From Marsupella aquatica (lineage: Eukaryota > Plantae > Marchantiophyta): a stretch of 64,000 nucleotides of DNA. The notes under the pieces are model-generated. The model was not told the origin of the DNA. It ran no database searches and worked only from the letters and a program-made list of their open reading frames with translations. Each line of letters opens with the position of its first letter. Within the stretch, counting starts at the first letter, position 1. The stretch is from positions 432,760 to 496,759 of the forward strand of contig OZ316893.1 in NCBI GenBank assembly GCA_973895155.1, written 5' to 3'. Below, one piece after another: positions 25,069 through 37,300 of the stretch. The translations under genes and the position numbers were made by a program.

Positions 25069-26592
25069 TGTGTCAAAACCTGACCCTGAAAGGAATTTTC
25101 ACAACAAATTTGACATAGCAAAGTTGTTGTACTTCATGAATAGTTTATATGCCTTTCTAAGTATGTATCGGGCGGTATGTTTGGGTACTATTTAATGCAC
25201 AAGTCTACCGCAGCCACTACAAAGGAAGCAAGTAGTCACGACCTACAATTGTGCACTCCCTTCCAAGCTCCCTTCATGATCAGGTATACTACATTGGTGC
25301 ACTCCAAACTACCCTATGTATAGAGTTTGTTGTACAGTATGAGCTTGAGTATATGAAACAATCGAGCATCATCATTCAAACCAAACTATACTGACATTGG
25401 GCATACAAAAGCTATAAAACTGAATCCAAAATTTGAATTGCACTTGACATGACTTCAAAACATTCCACAGTTCAATTGAAAGTGATCCATCCAGGTTAAT
25501 TACACAAAATGTGAGATGCATCCACTCGCTCGGTAGGGCAGCATCCTGCCCCAGCCCTACTCTTCGCATTCCACCACAGCAATGTAGAGCCTGGTCTAGC
25601 CACTATTGCCGATCGATCCAAAAAGTGAGAAGGAGCCTCCTCTCTCACATTTGTTACACTCTTTGGGCAAGGCAGCATCCTGCGCCTAGCCCCAGTCTTC
25701 CGTGTTCCACCACAGCCATGTACAGTAGAACCTATCTAGCTTGGTTGGATCACAGCTGCTCTAGCCACCTACCTAGTTTCAACAACCGATGGGGAGTACA
25801 GAGAAGATGGCTGGCTGATTGATTGACTTTCAGTAGAGGTCGGTGGTGATTTCGCACATTTTGAAGAGAGAGGCAGGCGGGAGATGAAGGAGTCATTCTC
25901 ACAAATTATTGACAATTGAAATGCAGCATAGAATGTGAGACTTCAACTTACTTGTGAGCTTGATTGGAATCGGTAAGGTTAGCCGGGGCAGTGTTTTTCA
26001 ATTGTTGTCGTGTGTTGATGCTGTTTCAACGCTTACAAATTGAAAGAATCTGGAGGCACGATCAAAAGTGACTGCTATTGAGTGCATGTACAATCCTTAT
26101 CTATTTCTACACTCTCAATGTCGTCTCAATGCTGAAAGCTTACCATATGCTGACTTCAATTTCTACACTCTCACGAGCACTCTCATGATGCTCTCAAGTT
26201 CAAATACGTCGCAGTGACAGGAACACATGCGAAGTGTTCAGGTGAAGTGCACAGTGAATTGTTGAAGCATTTCATATGTAGGGCAATTTGCAGGGTCTCC
26301 TACGTGTACGAGCAGGTGAGAGTTGATAACCAGGACCAGATCAGGCGCACGGCAAAATCATAGGCAGCCCAGTTCAATGACATGTGGAAAGCAAATGCCA
26401 TTGTCTTCTGTGCCATGCAAAGGTTGGGACTGTGATGGGTTGCAAGGTTTGCGTGCCTTGCCCTTCCAGGTCCTAGTTTAGTGCCGTCAAGACGGCCTCG
26501 TTCAGGGGGCAGTTTTGTTCACTCAGGGGCTGCCACCGTTTGTATGAAAGGCCATTTTTTGAAGGACCGTCTACATATATGCAAGACGGCCC

Positions 26593-27363
26593 TAAGAGTC
26601 CGAGCCTTTGGTATACTGGTCTGTTATGCATAGACTGAAGTGTGTGGCGGATTCACGAGCAGTCTGGTTTGGAAATTTTGAGGTGGTGAATCGTTGCATG
26701 TTTAATTGATTGTCATGATAGACTGCGGATCAGAAGGCCTTACATCGCGCGGTTGCAGGATTTTGACTGGGATTTTGGTGATCTAGGGTTTGGTGGATGG
26801 TGAGTTTGACAGCCTCATACTGTAGTTTTCACCCTTGTGGTGTGCTCTTTCCTCTATCACTTCCTCTGTTGCTACAATTTCTGTCACCTCGAGGGGTTTC
26901 GTTTCTGCCTGTCATTTGTATGTGCTTTCTTTTGTTATAACTTGCGTCTGTGGCTGTCTTGTCTATGCCTGGTTTCATAGCATATATCTTAAGAAGTAAG
27001 CAGTATATCGCTCAGCCTACAAGATCCAATGGCGAGTGGTGAAGAAGAAAATATTATGAACCTGCTTCGGGGAACTATTCATGACGAAACACAATTGCGA
27101 GACGTTGCTGCAAAACTATGCCTTGGCTGGGTCGGAGTACCTCTGTTGCTAGAGTCGTCGGAATTGGAGCTCGAAGCCATAATCCGTCGTGTGTTCCCAG
27201 TGGCACTTGACAGATTGGAAATGGCAATTAAGTTTGCAATTCGGCTTCAAAAAGGAAACTCTACGGATGGTAATTCCAACTGAATTTCACAGCAATGTGT
27301 TTCTCGTCAGTATCTTCTGGTTCTTGTTCTGGTTTGTCTTTTTGTTGAGTTTTTTCCTTTGAG
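26593..27363 (+). repeat. ~770-bp duplicate of 29783-30553 (upstream region, first coding exon and intron start of the kinase gene)
   Basis: Long colinear near-identity that ends abruptly after TTTTTCCTTTGAG in both copies. Confidence 0.92.
27029..27269 (+). pseudogene. Orphan SAM-like header exon (paralog of 30219-30459), with no downstream exon of its own
   Basis: 80 codons plus a G|GTAATT donor. Homology to the intact copy stops at 27363. Confidence 0.7.
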
Positions 27364-29550
27364 TAGTAGATGGATAGTATTATGCAATTCTAGGAATGGG
27401 TCCAAAAATCACGAGGTGCCGGATAATGGTTCAAGCATATTGCCAGAGAGAGTTTGAAACCTGAATTTAGGGTTTAGGGCCTCGCGCTGTGTGACATCTA
27501 CCTTTGGTTGTGGTGGAGACTTCGCTGGTAGACCTGACTTTGGTGGCGTTGGTGTTCGCCTCAATGATGATGATGATCCAACAGATTGATCTTTCTGACC
27601 TACTGCGGTTGGGACACTGCTATCTGCAGAGACCTTGACAGTGTCGACATTGGTTTGATGCTTCGGCGGAGAGTCGTCTTCTAGAGGGCCATCCGTTGCC
27701 GGGTTGAAACGACGGACCTCAAGTCGTCATTTCCCATTAGGAGGAATGGTTGGAACCCCTGACATGTCTCTGCACTTACAAGAACCAAACAGTGATTAAA
27801 AATGAACGCCATTTGTGAAATGAAAAGCCTTTCCACGCTAAAAAACAATGAATGCCTTGACGCAGAGTTTTTCACTGAAAAAAGATCAGAGAGGCGCGTA
27901 CCTGAACTTTGATCTGGTGAGCTTTGAGGACTTGTAATACTAATAGCAGTTCCAAATCAACGAGCTCAAGATGGAGGCGGTGGAAATGATCGGGAGAACG
28001 ATTCCAAAGACTGGAGGTTTTAGGGTGACTGGCTTTGTTTAAGTGGAGGGTTCGCCTTGCATTCGCCTGTACGTGGTTCAAACGGTAATTGTCCCATTTA
28101 CTCGCAAGTGACTTGATTAGGTTCCAAACGGCCTTAATCATCCTTGACTCATCAGTAATGAGATGCGGATTCTTGTCACGCGGGAATTGCGCTATACTTT
28201 TCCGTTTTTGCTTTGCCTTGGGTGGGAATTTTCACATGTGGGAGCCTGTATCTGGAGCCCGTACCTTGTGTGAGTGGCCCAAAGTGTTGGTGTGATTGGA
28301 CTAGCGATTTCGCTGGCCTGAAGCAAATGTCATTTGAATGATCGGACATGGAGGTAAAAACAGGTGGCTAGAGTTGCCTCGTAAAAATTGGTCCAAATGT
28401 TTTCTCCCAGTACATTCAAGGGACTAGAACATGCTCATGTTTACTCATTTTCTATGTCATTATCTTCTCCTTTTTTAATGATCAAACGGGGTCTTCATGC
28501 TAGCGAGGAAGATTCCGGACCTGATTTTGGGGCCCAATACAAGGGGAAAACTTGTTTGTGCAAGCAAAAATTCTACTATTTGCTCACATGTTACAATTAC
28601 CCTCTGAGAGGTGCTTTCTATTCCCTGGTTAGAAATATATTAAGATTTAGGATTAGGATATTTCTGCCTTGATTGTAGGTGCTTTGCTCCTTTGGCTGGG
28701 GCTCGGTTGTCTTTGGGTATGCCTGGATGGGTCCCCTGGGCTCCTTTGCCTGCGACCTCAGTGTGTCACTTACCTACGACACAGATGAAGTAGGCTTTTT
28801 GTCTTCCCCCTCACTTTGGGGCTGACTCGAAGTTAGTTTCAGGTTTTTGCTTGGCCATGATTTCACTTGTCTTTGTCTTCGCTTGGCTTTGGTGCTGGCC
28901 ACCTGGCTCTCTTTCCGTTTTGGGGCTTTGTGGGCTTTGCCCTGGCCTGTTTGGTCCTCCTTTCCCGCGGGGTTTCGCGGGTTTTATTGAAAAAAAGGGA
29001 AAAAAAGAAGAAGAAAAAAAAGAGCAAGCTGAGTTGCGCTCCAACTGTCAACGCACAGCCGAACCCACATTCACCGCAGCCGGTCATCCTGAGCCCAGAC
29101 AAAACACCCGAATCTACTCAAGCTCTCGATGAACACGGAATGAGAGGCACGAAGAAGAATGACTAGAATGCGAGAGAAAGCTCATCCCGGCCGAGACGGA
29201 AATGGCTCCTGCACAGACGACAAACTTCCAGCCTGACGGCGTTTCCAGAAAGTGAAATGGGAAGTGGCCACATCCTGCTGCTCTCCTAGATTAACGCCCG
29301 CCCAGGAAACCACCGGCCCATTGAACAAAATCTGGGCCGTCCAATAGCAGCTGTCCGTTGGATGGCGATGCAGGAACGCCCTCAACCCTAACAATCTGGG
29401 CCGTTCATTTTTAAATGGAGGGCAGAGATTAGCCGCGGATTGAGCGCCCTGAATGGACGGCCCAGATTGGCCGCGGGTAGAGCAGCCTGAATGAAGGACC
29501 AAGATTTGCATCATCAAGGGCGATCCCGAATGGAGGGCTAAGTACCAAGG

Positions 29551-29749
29551 AGTAAGGAAGGACCATAAACATATACATAGGGGTTCTCAAATATAGACCA
29601 GTAAGGAAGGACCATAAACATAGGGGTTCTCAAATATAGACCCGGAGGTTACACAAGGCACAACAGGTCGGCAACGGATCAACATTGGGAGGTCTCAAAT
29701 ATAGGCCCGGGGGTTTACACAAGGCACAACTGGTCGGGAACGGATCAAC
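29551..29749. repeat. Two pairs of short local duplications upstream of the kinase gene
   Basis: AGTAAGGAAGGACCATAAACATA...GGGGTTCTCAAATATAGACC occurs twice, and TACACAAGGCACAAC.GGTCGG.AACGGATCAAC occurs twice. Confidence 0.75.
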
Positions 29750-30218
29750 TCCTTGTCTGCCGACCGAGGAGGCCGTCGGCATAAAGAGTCCGAGCATTCG
29801 GTATACTGGTCTGTTCGGCATAGACTGAAGTGAGGCGGATTCGCTAGCAGTCTGGTTTGGAAATTTTGAGGTGGTGAATCGTTGCATCTTTAATTGATTG
29901 TCATGATACACTGCGGATCAAAAGGCCTTACATCGTGAGGTTGCAGGATTTGGACTGGGTTTTCGGTGATCCAGGGTTTGGTGGATGGTGAGTTTCACGG
30001 CCTTGTACCGTAGTTTTCATCCTTGTGGTGCTCTTTCCTCTGTCGCTTCCTCTGTTGCTACGATTTCTGTCAACCCGAGGGTTTCGTTTCTGCTTGTCAT
30101 TTGTATGTGCTTTGTTTTGTTATAACTTGCGCGTTTGTGGCTGTCTTGTCTCTGCCTGGTTTCATAGCATATATCTTAAGAAGAAGTAAGCACTATATTG
30201 TTCAGCCTGCAAGATCCA

Positions 30219-32321
30219 ATGGCGAGTGGTGAAGAAGAAAATATTATGAACCTGCTTCGGAGAACTATTCCTGACGAAGCACGACTGAGAGACGTTGCTG
30301 CGAAACTATGGCTTGACTGCGTCGGAGTATCTACGTTGCTAGTGATGTCGGAAAAGCGCCTCGAAGACTTAATCCAGCGCCTGTTCCCAAAGGCACCTGG
30401 CGGATTGATACTGGCAGTTGAGTCGGCAATTCAGCTTCAAAAAGGAAACTCTACGGATGGTAATTCCAACTGAATTTCACAGCAATGTGTTTCTCGTCAG
30501 TATCTTGTGGTTCTTGTTCTGGTTTGTCTTTTCGTTGAGTTTTTTCCTTTGAGCACCCCTCTGTTGCTGCTTTGTTTTCTTTGCTGAAAAGTGATCAAGG
30601 GTATCATGGACAGCAGCTGTCGCCCTTGCTCTGGCATTTGTTTTGAAAGCACTTTTGCAATTACAGGTGTCCTGTGTCTTCCTGCTTTGCTAACCGATAA
30701 AGCATTTCTGCCGGAATCGTGCCAAATTTGTAGACTCCTTGCTCGAGTGATTATTGGATGACTTTCCTGTTTTTCTCTTCCTCTTCAACACTTCGTGATT
30801 GGTGTGTACGCAGAGGGGGCTCGACTTGCAAAAAAGGCAAAACCGTCACCAGAGGTCCTGTCCTTCGCAAGAGCTGCTGTTGATGCTAGACAGCGCTATT
30901 TTGGGAAACTGTTGGAACCACCTCCGACGCTCCCACGAAGTGCACATGAACTCTCGGAGTTTTTGTCCCAGACACCAGTACCGCTCCCAATTCGCAGTCT
31001 TGTAATTTTCAAGAAAATATGCTCTTCTGAGCTGGTGGAGCTTGATATTCCCGCAGCGGCGAAAGACTTGGCAACCTTCTGCGACGGTGTGTTCGGACAG
31101 ATAATGCGTCATTGTCCAGGCAATGAGGCCACCAGCTCACATGAATTGGCTAATCTCACTGGAGAGTTCATCTCATTATTAAATGAGGAGGCTCCAGCAA
31201 ACGGAAAATTACAAGGTTTGGACTGGTTACTGGATTCACCCAATCCCCCGACTAGTACTGTAGCATCGCGACCACTAAAACCGCTATTAAGACCAGATTT
31301 TCAGCTGTTTGTGAGGGATTGTCTCATTCTCCGATGGGAGAATAAGACAGACCGGGCACTTCGGCACGAGGCTGCAGTTGAGAACACCTCAAAATTAAAG
31401 GCATGGAGCCCTTTGTTCTATGGTAAGCTCCCTTATGTGATTGGTGGTTGCTCCGGTGGAAGGCTGTTTCAATGGCTGAAGCTCTATCCGCGAGGCAAGG
31501 AAATTGTTTCTGAAAGTATCTCACAACTCTATGACTTGAATATGTTGAGCGATGTAGCCAAGTTCCTACATAGCACCATTCGGATGCACTGTCTCCTACA
31601 GAAACTACAGGAAGAACTGGATAGTTACATCCCCTTGGCATTATATAGGCCAATAGCAAGAGGTGATGGTGGAGCAGTGACGATCTATCCTAACTGCGTG
31701 ACGAAGGAAATCCCACGATTGATGAAAGATAAGGTGACCGCGATAAAATGCCTGTATGAAAAAATCGATGGTTCCAGGTACCTGATCCAACTTATATGCG
31801 CCCGATCATCCAGGGCTAAAACAGTATTGCGACTACAACCTGTTGGTGACCCATCTGCAAAGCCTAAGGATTGCAAGGATTTAGTAAATGCCATGCATGA
31901 CATGTTATGCGGCCTTGCGGACTTGCACATGAAAGGCTACACCCACAGGGACATAAGGTGGCCCAACGTTATCAAAGTAAATGATATGGGTGAATGGAAA
32001 TGGGTGATCATAGACTTGGAAGCTGCTGGACCCGACAATGAAGTATGGGTTGGTGAGGACTTAACGGGTTGGGATGCGGAAACGTTGGAAGAAGACAATG
32101 ACAAAAGGAAAAGATACACCAAGGGATCGGACATGTACCAACTCGGGAAACTTATAGCTGAATGGCTCGATGACTTTTATATAGGCGGTACGGAAGAACG
32201 TCAATTGATGAGATCCCGGGCAAAACAAATGCAGCAGGAGCGTACAGCAGCAGCGAAGATGCTTGAGGATATCTGCAAGAAACGTTGCGAACGATGTCGC
32301 GTGTTTGGCACAAAGCTGTAG
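30219..32321 (+). CDS. Crinkler/CR-like protein: SAM-like header + PD-(D/E)xK-like domain + protein kinase (~582 aa, two exons)
   Basis: Exon 1 (30219-30459) and exon 2 (30814-32321) join in phase 1. LRPDF...LRWENK is an REase-like signature. Kinase motifs GLADLH, HRDIRWPNVI, IIDLE and SDMYQLG are present. No stops. Confidence 0.78.
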
Positions 32322-33955
32322 ACAGGATTCTGATACTCGTATCAGTAACTCATTGGAAGGTGATCTGCTTTCCCTGAAATTCGTGTTCAATTCTCATCAG
32401 CATACTCATCTTGGGTGGTTTACCCTTCGTTTTGCCCATTGATCTTACTCTAGATGACTACAAGTCGGTCACTTCTTGTGGATGTTGATCTTTTCAATCT
32501 CCAATGCACTTCACATGGATACGTTAGGTGGCAGGCATGATAGTGTTGATCTGCTGTTTTCTGGTGTTGTGTGTCTGTTTCAGTTAGTCTGAAAAGTAGG
32601 TGCTTCTTGTTTCTCAGGCAATGCCAAGACCGCATTCCTTGCTGAGATTTGGGCCTCAAAACCCTGAAGATAGTGATGACTATAGTTCACATTTCATGAG
32701 AGGGGTGTGTTGGAGTGACAGTTGGTGGCCAACTTTGAAGACACAATCAACGATCAACTGATGACACCCTAAGAGAACATTTAACATTTTTGTATTAAAT
32801 TTTACTTCTTGACACGCAAGTATAACTGATACATTTCTATCTTCCATATTTGTTGAGTTCTGTCAAGTCGATTGCTGTTGATTGGCATCAACTGTCTCTC
32901 CTTGGAGGAGACTGCCCTATGTTTTTTCTTCTCCAAATCTTCATTGACTGACAGATGCAATAACAAAACCCAATTGTAGTTGGAGAAGTCAGAGAAACCA
33001 TAGGATCAGGTGTCCCCATATAGGAGAAGCCAGAGAAACTATGGGTGAATCAGTTGTCACCATATGACATGGACTTGACTGTCCAAAATTGAGTCTAATG
33101 CAGTTAGTATACTCAATTTGCATAGCATTGTTGGTATGCAAAATTTGCACGAAGATGGCAGACGAGAGCCTCGTTGCCCCCTTTTTCACTCTGCCTTGCC
33201 AGAACTTTGCCTTCGATCATACCATTATTTTTTATGGAACAGGATAGGAAGTAGCAACTAGAGGCACAAATTGAGTGATGCTCCACATGTAAGCATACTT
33301 TAATGTACTTCTCTGCACTTACAGTAGCAACGAGGTCCAAAGACATTCAGTAGTTTGGGATGATGAATCCTCCGTTGATTTTTGTCGAATAAATTGATTT
33401 TCAAGTCTAAAATCCCCCACTTGGGAACGGAAAGGACAGAGTACAAGATGCCAAATAATGACCCAATCAAGAATGAGGACACACGGGACCGAAGAAGGGC
33501 ACAGGAGAGTTTAAAATATCAATGGGTTTGAGCTACACGCCGGCCCAATCGTCAAGGAACAGGAGATTCTCCCTTTGCATCGGAAACTGAGTGGGAAGTT
33601 AGCAGAATAAGCTACAACTGCTAGAGTTTCCCCCAAATAGGAACTAGTGCATACCTACATCGGTTGCCAATTAGATACTCTTTTTCATTGTGAGATCCTT
33701 TTGAACTATGTTTGACATATCTGACTTGCTCACTCTGCAAGTCGTGAGATCATGTACGAAATCTGACAATTTAATCCCAATAATGGTCTTCCAAGAGATT
33801 GATCTGAGAGGCATGGTTGCGTGAGCCTTCACTTCTTCCTTTCCAAAACCTGACAGCAATCCACTATGAAATAATCAGACCGAGCTGTCAAAACAAACAT
33901 GGAACTACACTAAATGCAATTCTTCTGTACATTCTGCCCTTTAAAACGTAGTTCA

Positions 33956-34094
33956 TGTTATACCCTAATTATGATTGGGTATACTAACTATAGTTAGAAC
34001 CCATGGTTAACTCCAACCAGAGTTACCATATGTATATATTCTCTCCTTGAAATAGAAGAACATATCATTGTTGGTGTATTTTTAGTTTGTAACA
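33956..34094 (+). repeat. 5' LTR (139 bp)
   Basis: Identical to the 3' LTR except for one TA unit. Confidence 0.95.
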
Positions 34095-34327
34095 CGTTAT
34101 CAGCACGAATGTGCTCTTAATTTATTTTTTAGGGGGTCGTTCAGTCTTTAGGCAGTTATACTTGACAGTTATCGAATTTGTCAACTTTTGGGCATCTGAT
34201 GCATGCCTTTTTCTTTAAGAAAACATCGAGTAACAATGAGGGATGATTACCAATAGCATTCCTATTCAATAGAATTATTTTTTTCGCACCACAATTCGGA
34301 ACTCAATTAGACATTTTTGATCTCAGG

Positions 34328-37300
34328 ATGACATCGAATTCCATTGAGAAACTTCTATTCCCAGCCTTGCAGATTGATGGCAAGAATTACAATGATTGGT
34401 ATATAGATGTAGAGGTCCATCTCACTGCAAAACGAATTGATGAGGCCATACACACAGATGTCGGTGTAGACCAATACACCAAGGCACAAGCCTTAGTACT
34501 ACTCCGACATCACTTAGTAGATCCTCTGAAACGTCAGTATAAGACTGTATACAATCCTCGATTACTCTGGGATGCATTGAAATCGAGATTCGAGCATATC
34601 ACTACGATCAATCTGCCTAATGCTCTACAGGCATGGGTTACTCTAAGAGTCCAAGATTTCAAATCAGTAGATTTATACAACAGTGAGATGTTTAGGATCT
34701 CAAATGAACTCCAAATGTGTGGAGAACCAGTAAGTGATAAACAGCAAATTGAAAAGACATTAGCTACATTTCACCCGACTAACTTGGTGATTTCGAACCA
34801 GTACAGGAATATGGCTTTTACAACATACTCCGCGCTCATTGCCCACGTGCTTTTAGCAGAACAAAATTCCATCCTCCTTATGAATAATGCAAAGGAAAGA
34901 CCTCCGGGGACACTTCCTGTACCACCCATTACTGAAACCAACTTAGTCACACAGGATATGAGAGGAGAAACATATATGACAACTTCTAATGGACAAACAT
35001 TAAGGGGGAGAGGTTCATACCGTGGCCGAGGAACAATTAGAGGAAGAGGAAATTTCTCTCAAAGAGGTGGATATAGTTCCAACTACAGAGGACGAGGTCG
35101 TGGAAGAATGAACAATGCGAATAGGAGCAACTGGAAGAGTGGAAAAGCAGATTTCCAACAACCAAATCGGGAGCGACAACGAACCTCCTTCAGCAATAAA
35201 CAACAAAACCCAATTACATGTTTCAGGTGCGGAACCAAAGGACACACCCAGAAGGTATGCCATGCACCTAGCCACCTCATTCTACTTTAGAAGAAGAGCT
35301 TGAACGAATCAAAATTCGAAGCACATGGGGCTTATTTAGAGTCACCCGAGATTATACCAGAAATCCATATGCTGAATTCATCACTGAATATCGAGGACCC
35401 AGACTTCTGCATCGTCGACAGTGGTACAACCCATACTATCCTTTGAGATAATAAATATTTCCATGGAATTACCCCTTCACAAAGGAAAATAACAACGATA
35501 ATGGGACAACATCAAATTGAGGAGGGTCATGGCAACGCCACAGTAGTTCTCCCAGAAGGAACAATTATTAAAATCACATCTGCGATATATGCTCCCAAAG
35601 CAACGAGAAATCTACTTAGTTTTAAAGACATAAGAGCAAATAACCTACATATTCAAACAGATATTCAAGACTCACGAGAAGTTCTACAAATAGTATCTCA
35701 CTCGTCAAAAGGCAGACTTGTTAAAGAAACTTTACAAGCTTACCCTTTAGGATACTATGCAACTCGAACTCAATGCTACCATGTTCAGACTGAATCACAG
35801 AACCTCACAGAGATCTGGCATAGACGATTGGGACATCCTGGAACAAGCATGTTCCACCGAATTGTCAATAACTCTAAAGGAGTATCAAAAGAAGTACATC
35901 CTAGAGCATTCAAAGGACCATGCCTTGCCTGCTCACAGGGCAAGATGATTACTGCTCCCTCCAATTCCAAAACCGGAAACCACATACCTGCATTTCTTGA
36001 GAGACTTCATGCAGATGTTTGCGGACCCATCGATCCTCCCAGTGGCCCATTTCGCTATTTTCTGGTCGTCATAGACGCAAGCTCCAAGTGGTCAAGGGTT
36101 TCCCTATTATCAACCCGGAACCTCGTTTTCTCTCGGATTCTGGCACACATTATACGGCTAAGAGCTCAATTCCCAGAATATCCAATTTGAACCCTCAGGA
36201 CTGATGGAGCTGGAGAGTTTACATCAAAAAATTTTGATGAATTTTGTCTCATCAACGACATTGATTCACAATACAATGTACCATATGTACATTTTCAAAA
36301 TGGTTATGGCCGAGTCACTTATTAAACGCATATAACTGATCTCTCGACCTTTATTAATGCAATCCTCTCTTCCAGCGACTGCATGGGGACACGCAGTCCT
36401 ACATGCTGCGTCTCTCCTTTTATACAGACCATCAGCCTACAATAGCACTACACCTCATCAATTGGCATTTGGAAATTCTCCAGACATTTCACACTCGAGA
36501 ATATTCGGATGTCAAGTCCTCGTACCCATCCTAGGTCCCAAACGGACAAAATTAGGACTTCAGAGAAGAAAAGGTATCTATGTGGGATTCGACTCTACAT
36601 CGATCATCCGATACATGGAACCTACCACTGTAGATATATTCAAAGCCCGCTTTACTGATTGTCATTTTTATGAAACCATTTTTCCAACTTTAACATCACC
36701 AGAGGGAAAACAGAAAACATTACCAAATATATTCACCTGGCACGCTAGTCCTGAACTATGTCCAGATCCACGCACAGAACAGGCTGAATTAGAAGTCAGA
36801 AGAATTATCCAACTCACAAAGATTATGGAAGTTATACCTGATTCATTCGCAGATGCAATGAATGTAACTAAATCTCATATACCAGCAACGAATACCCCAT
36901 CCCGGATACAAATTGGACCTCAGTTAGCGTCTGATCAACAATTGAAACCAAAGAGAGGACGCCCTCTAGGGGCTGTTGACAAACAACTCAGACAAAGGCG
37001 AAAGCTTCCAACATCACTTGAAACAAGACCACAAGCTCATACTTATATTTCAGAATCATATCACCCAGAGACAGCCATACATTATAATACCACTGGCCAC
37101 ATCTTAGATAGAACCCGAGTAATACCTGATGATCAATTTTCTTTTCATATATCACAGGATATTACTAACTTACCTGACCCGAAATCTGTCAAAGAAGCAC
37201 AAAACCAAACAGATTGGCCTAAATGGCAAATAGCAATGAACTCCGAGTTAGATTCTTTGATATCTAGAAAAGTATTTGGTCCTATAACCATTGCTTCTCC

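Larger units (their letters stand above)
6482..26592. mobile_element. PIF/Harbinger DNA transposon (left end not found), carrying two nested insertions
   Basis: Convergent transposase and Myb/SANT gene pair. Candidate right terminus ...GCAAGACGGCCC is followed by TAA (26593-26595), the typical Harbinger target. The flanking duplicated sequence starts exactly at that TAA. Confidence 0.6.

Noticed and set aside
27364-29520. Short ORFs and a possible retroelement or LTR fragment between the two SAM-like copies
   Set aside because: No diagnostic motif, termini or TSD could be established.
32900-33950. Possible decayed gene interrupted by the copia element (continuing at 40074-40470)
   Set aside because: The composition looks coding-like, but no sustained frame or motif could be read.
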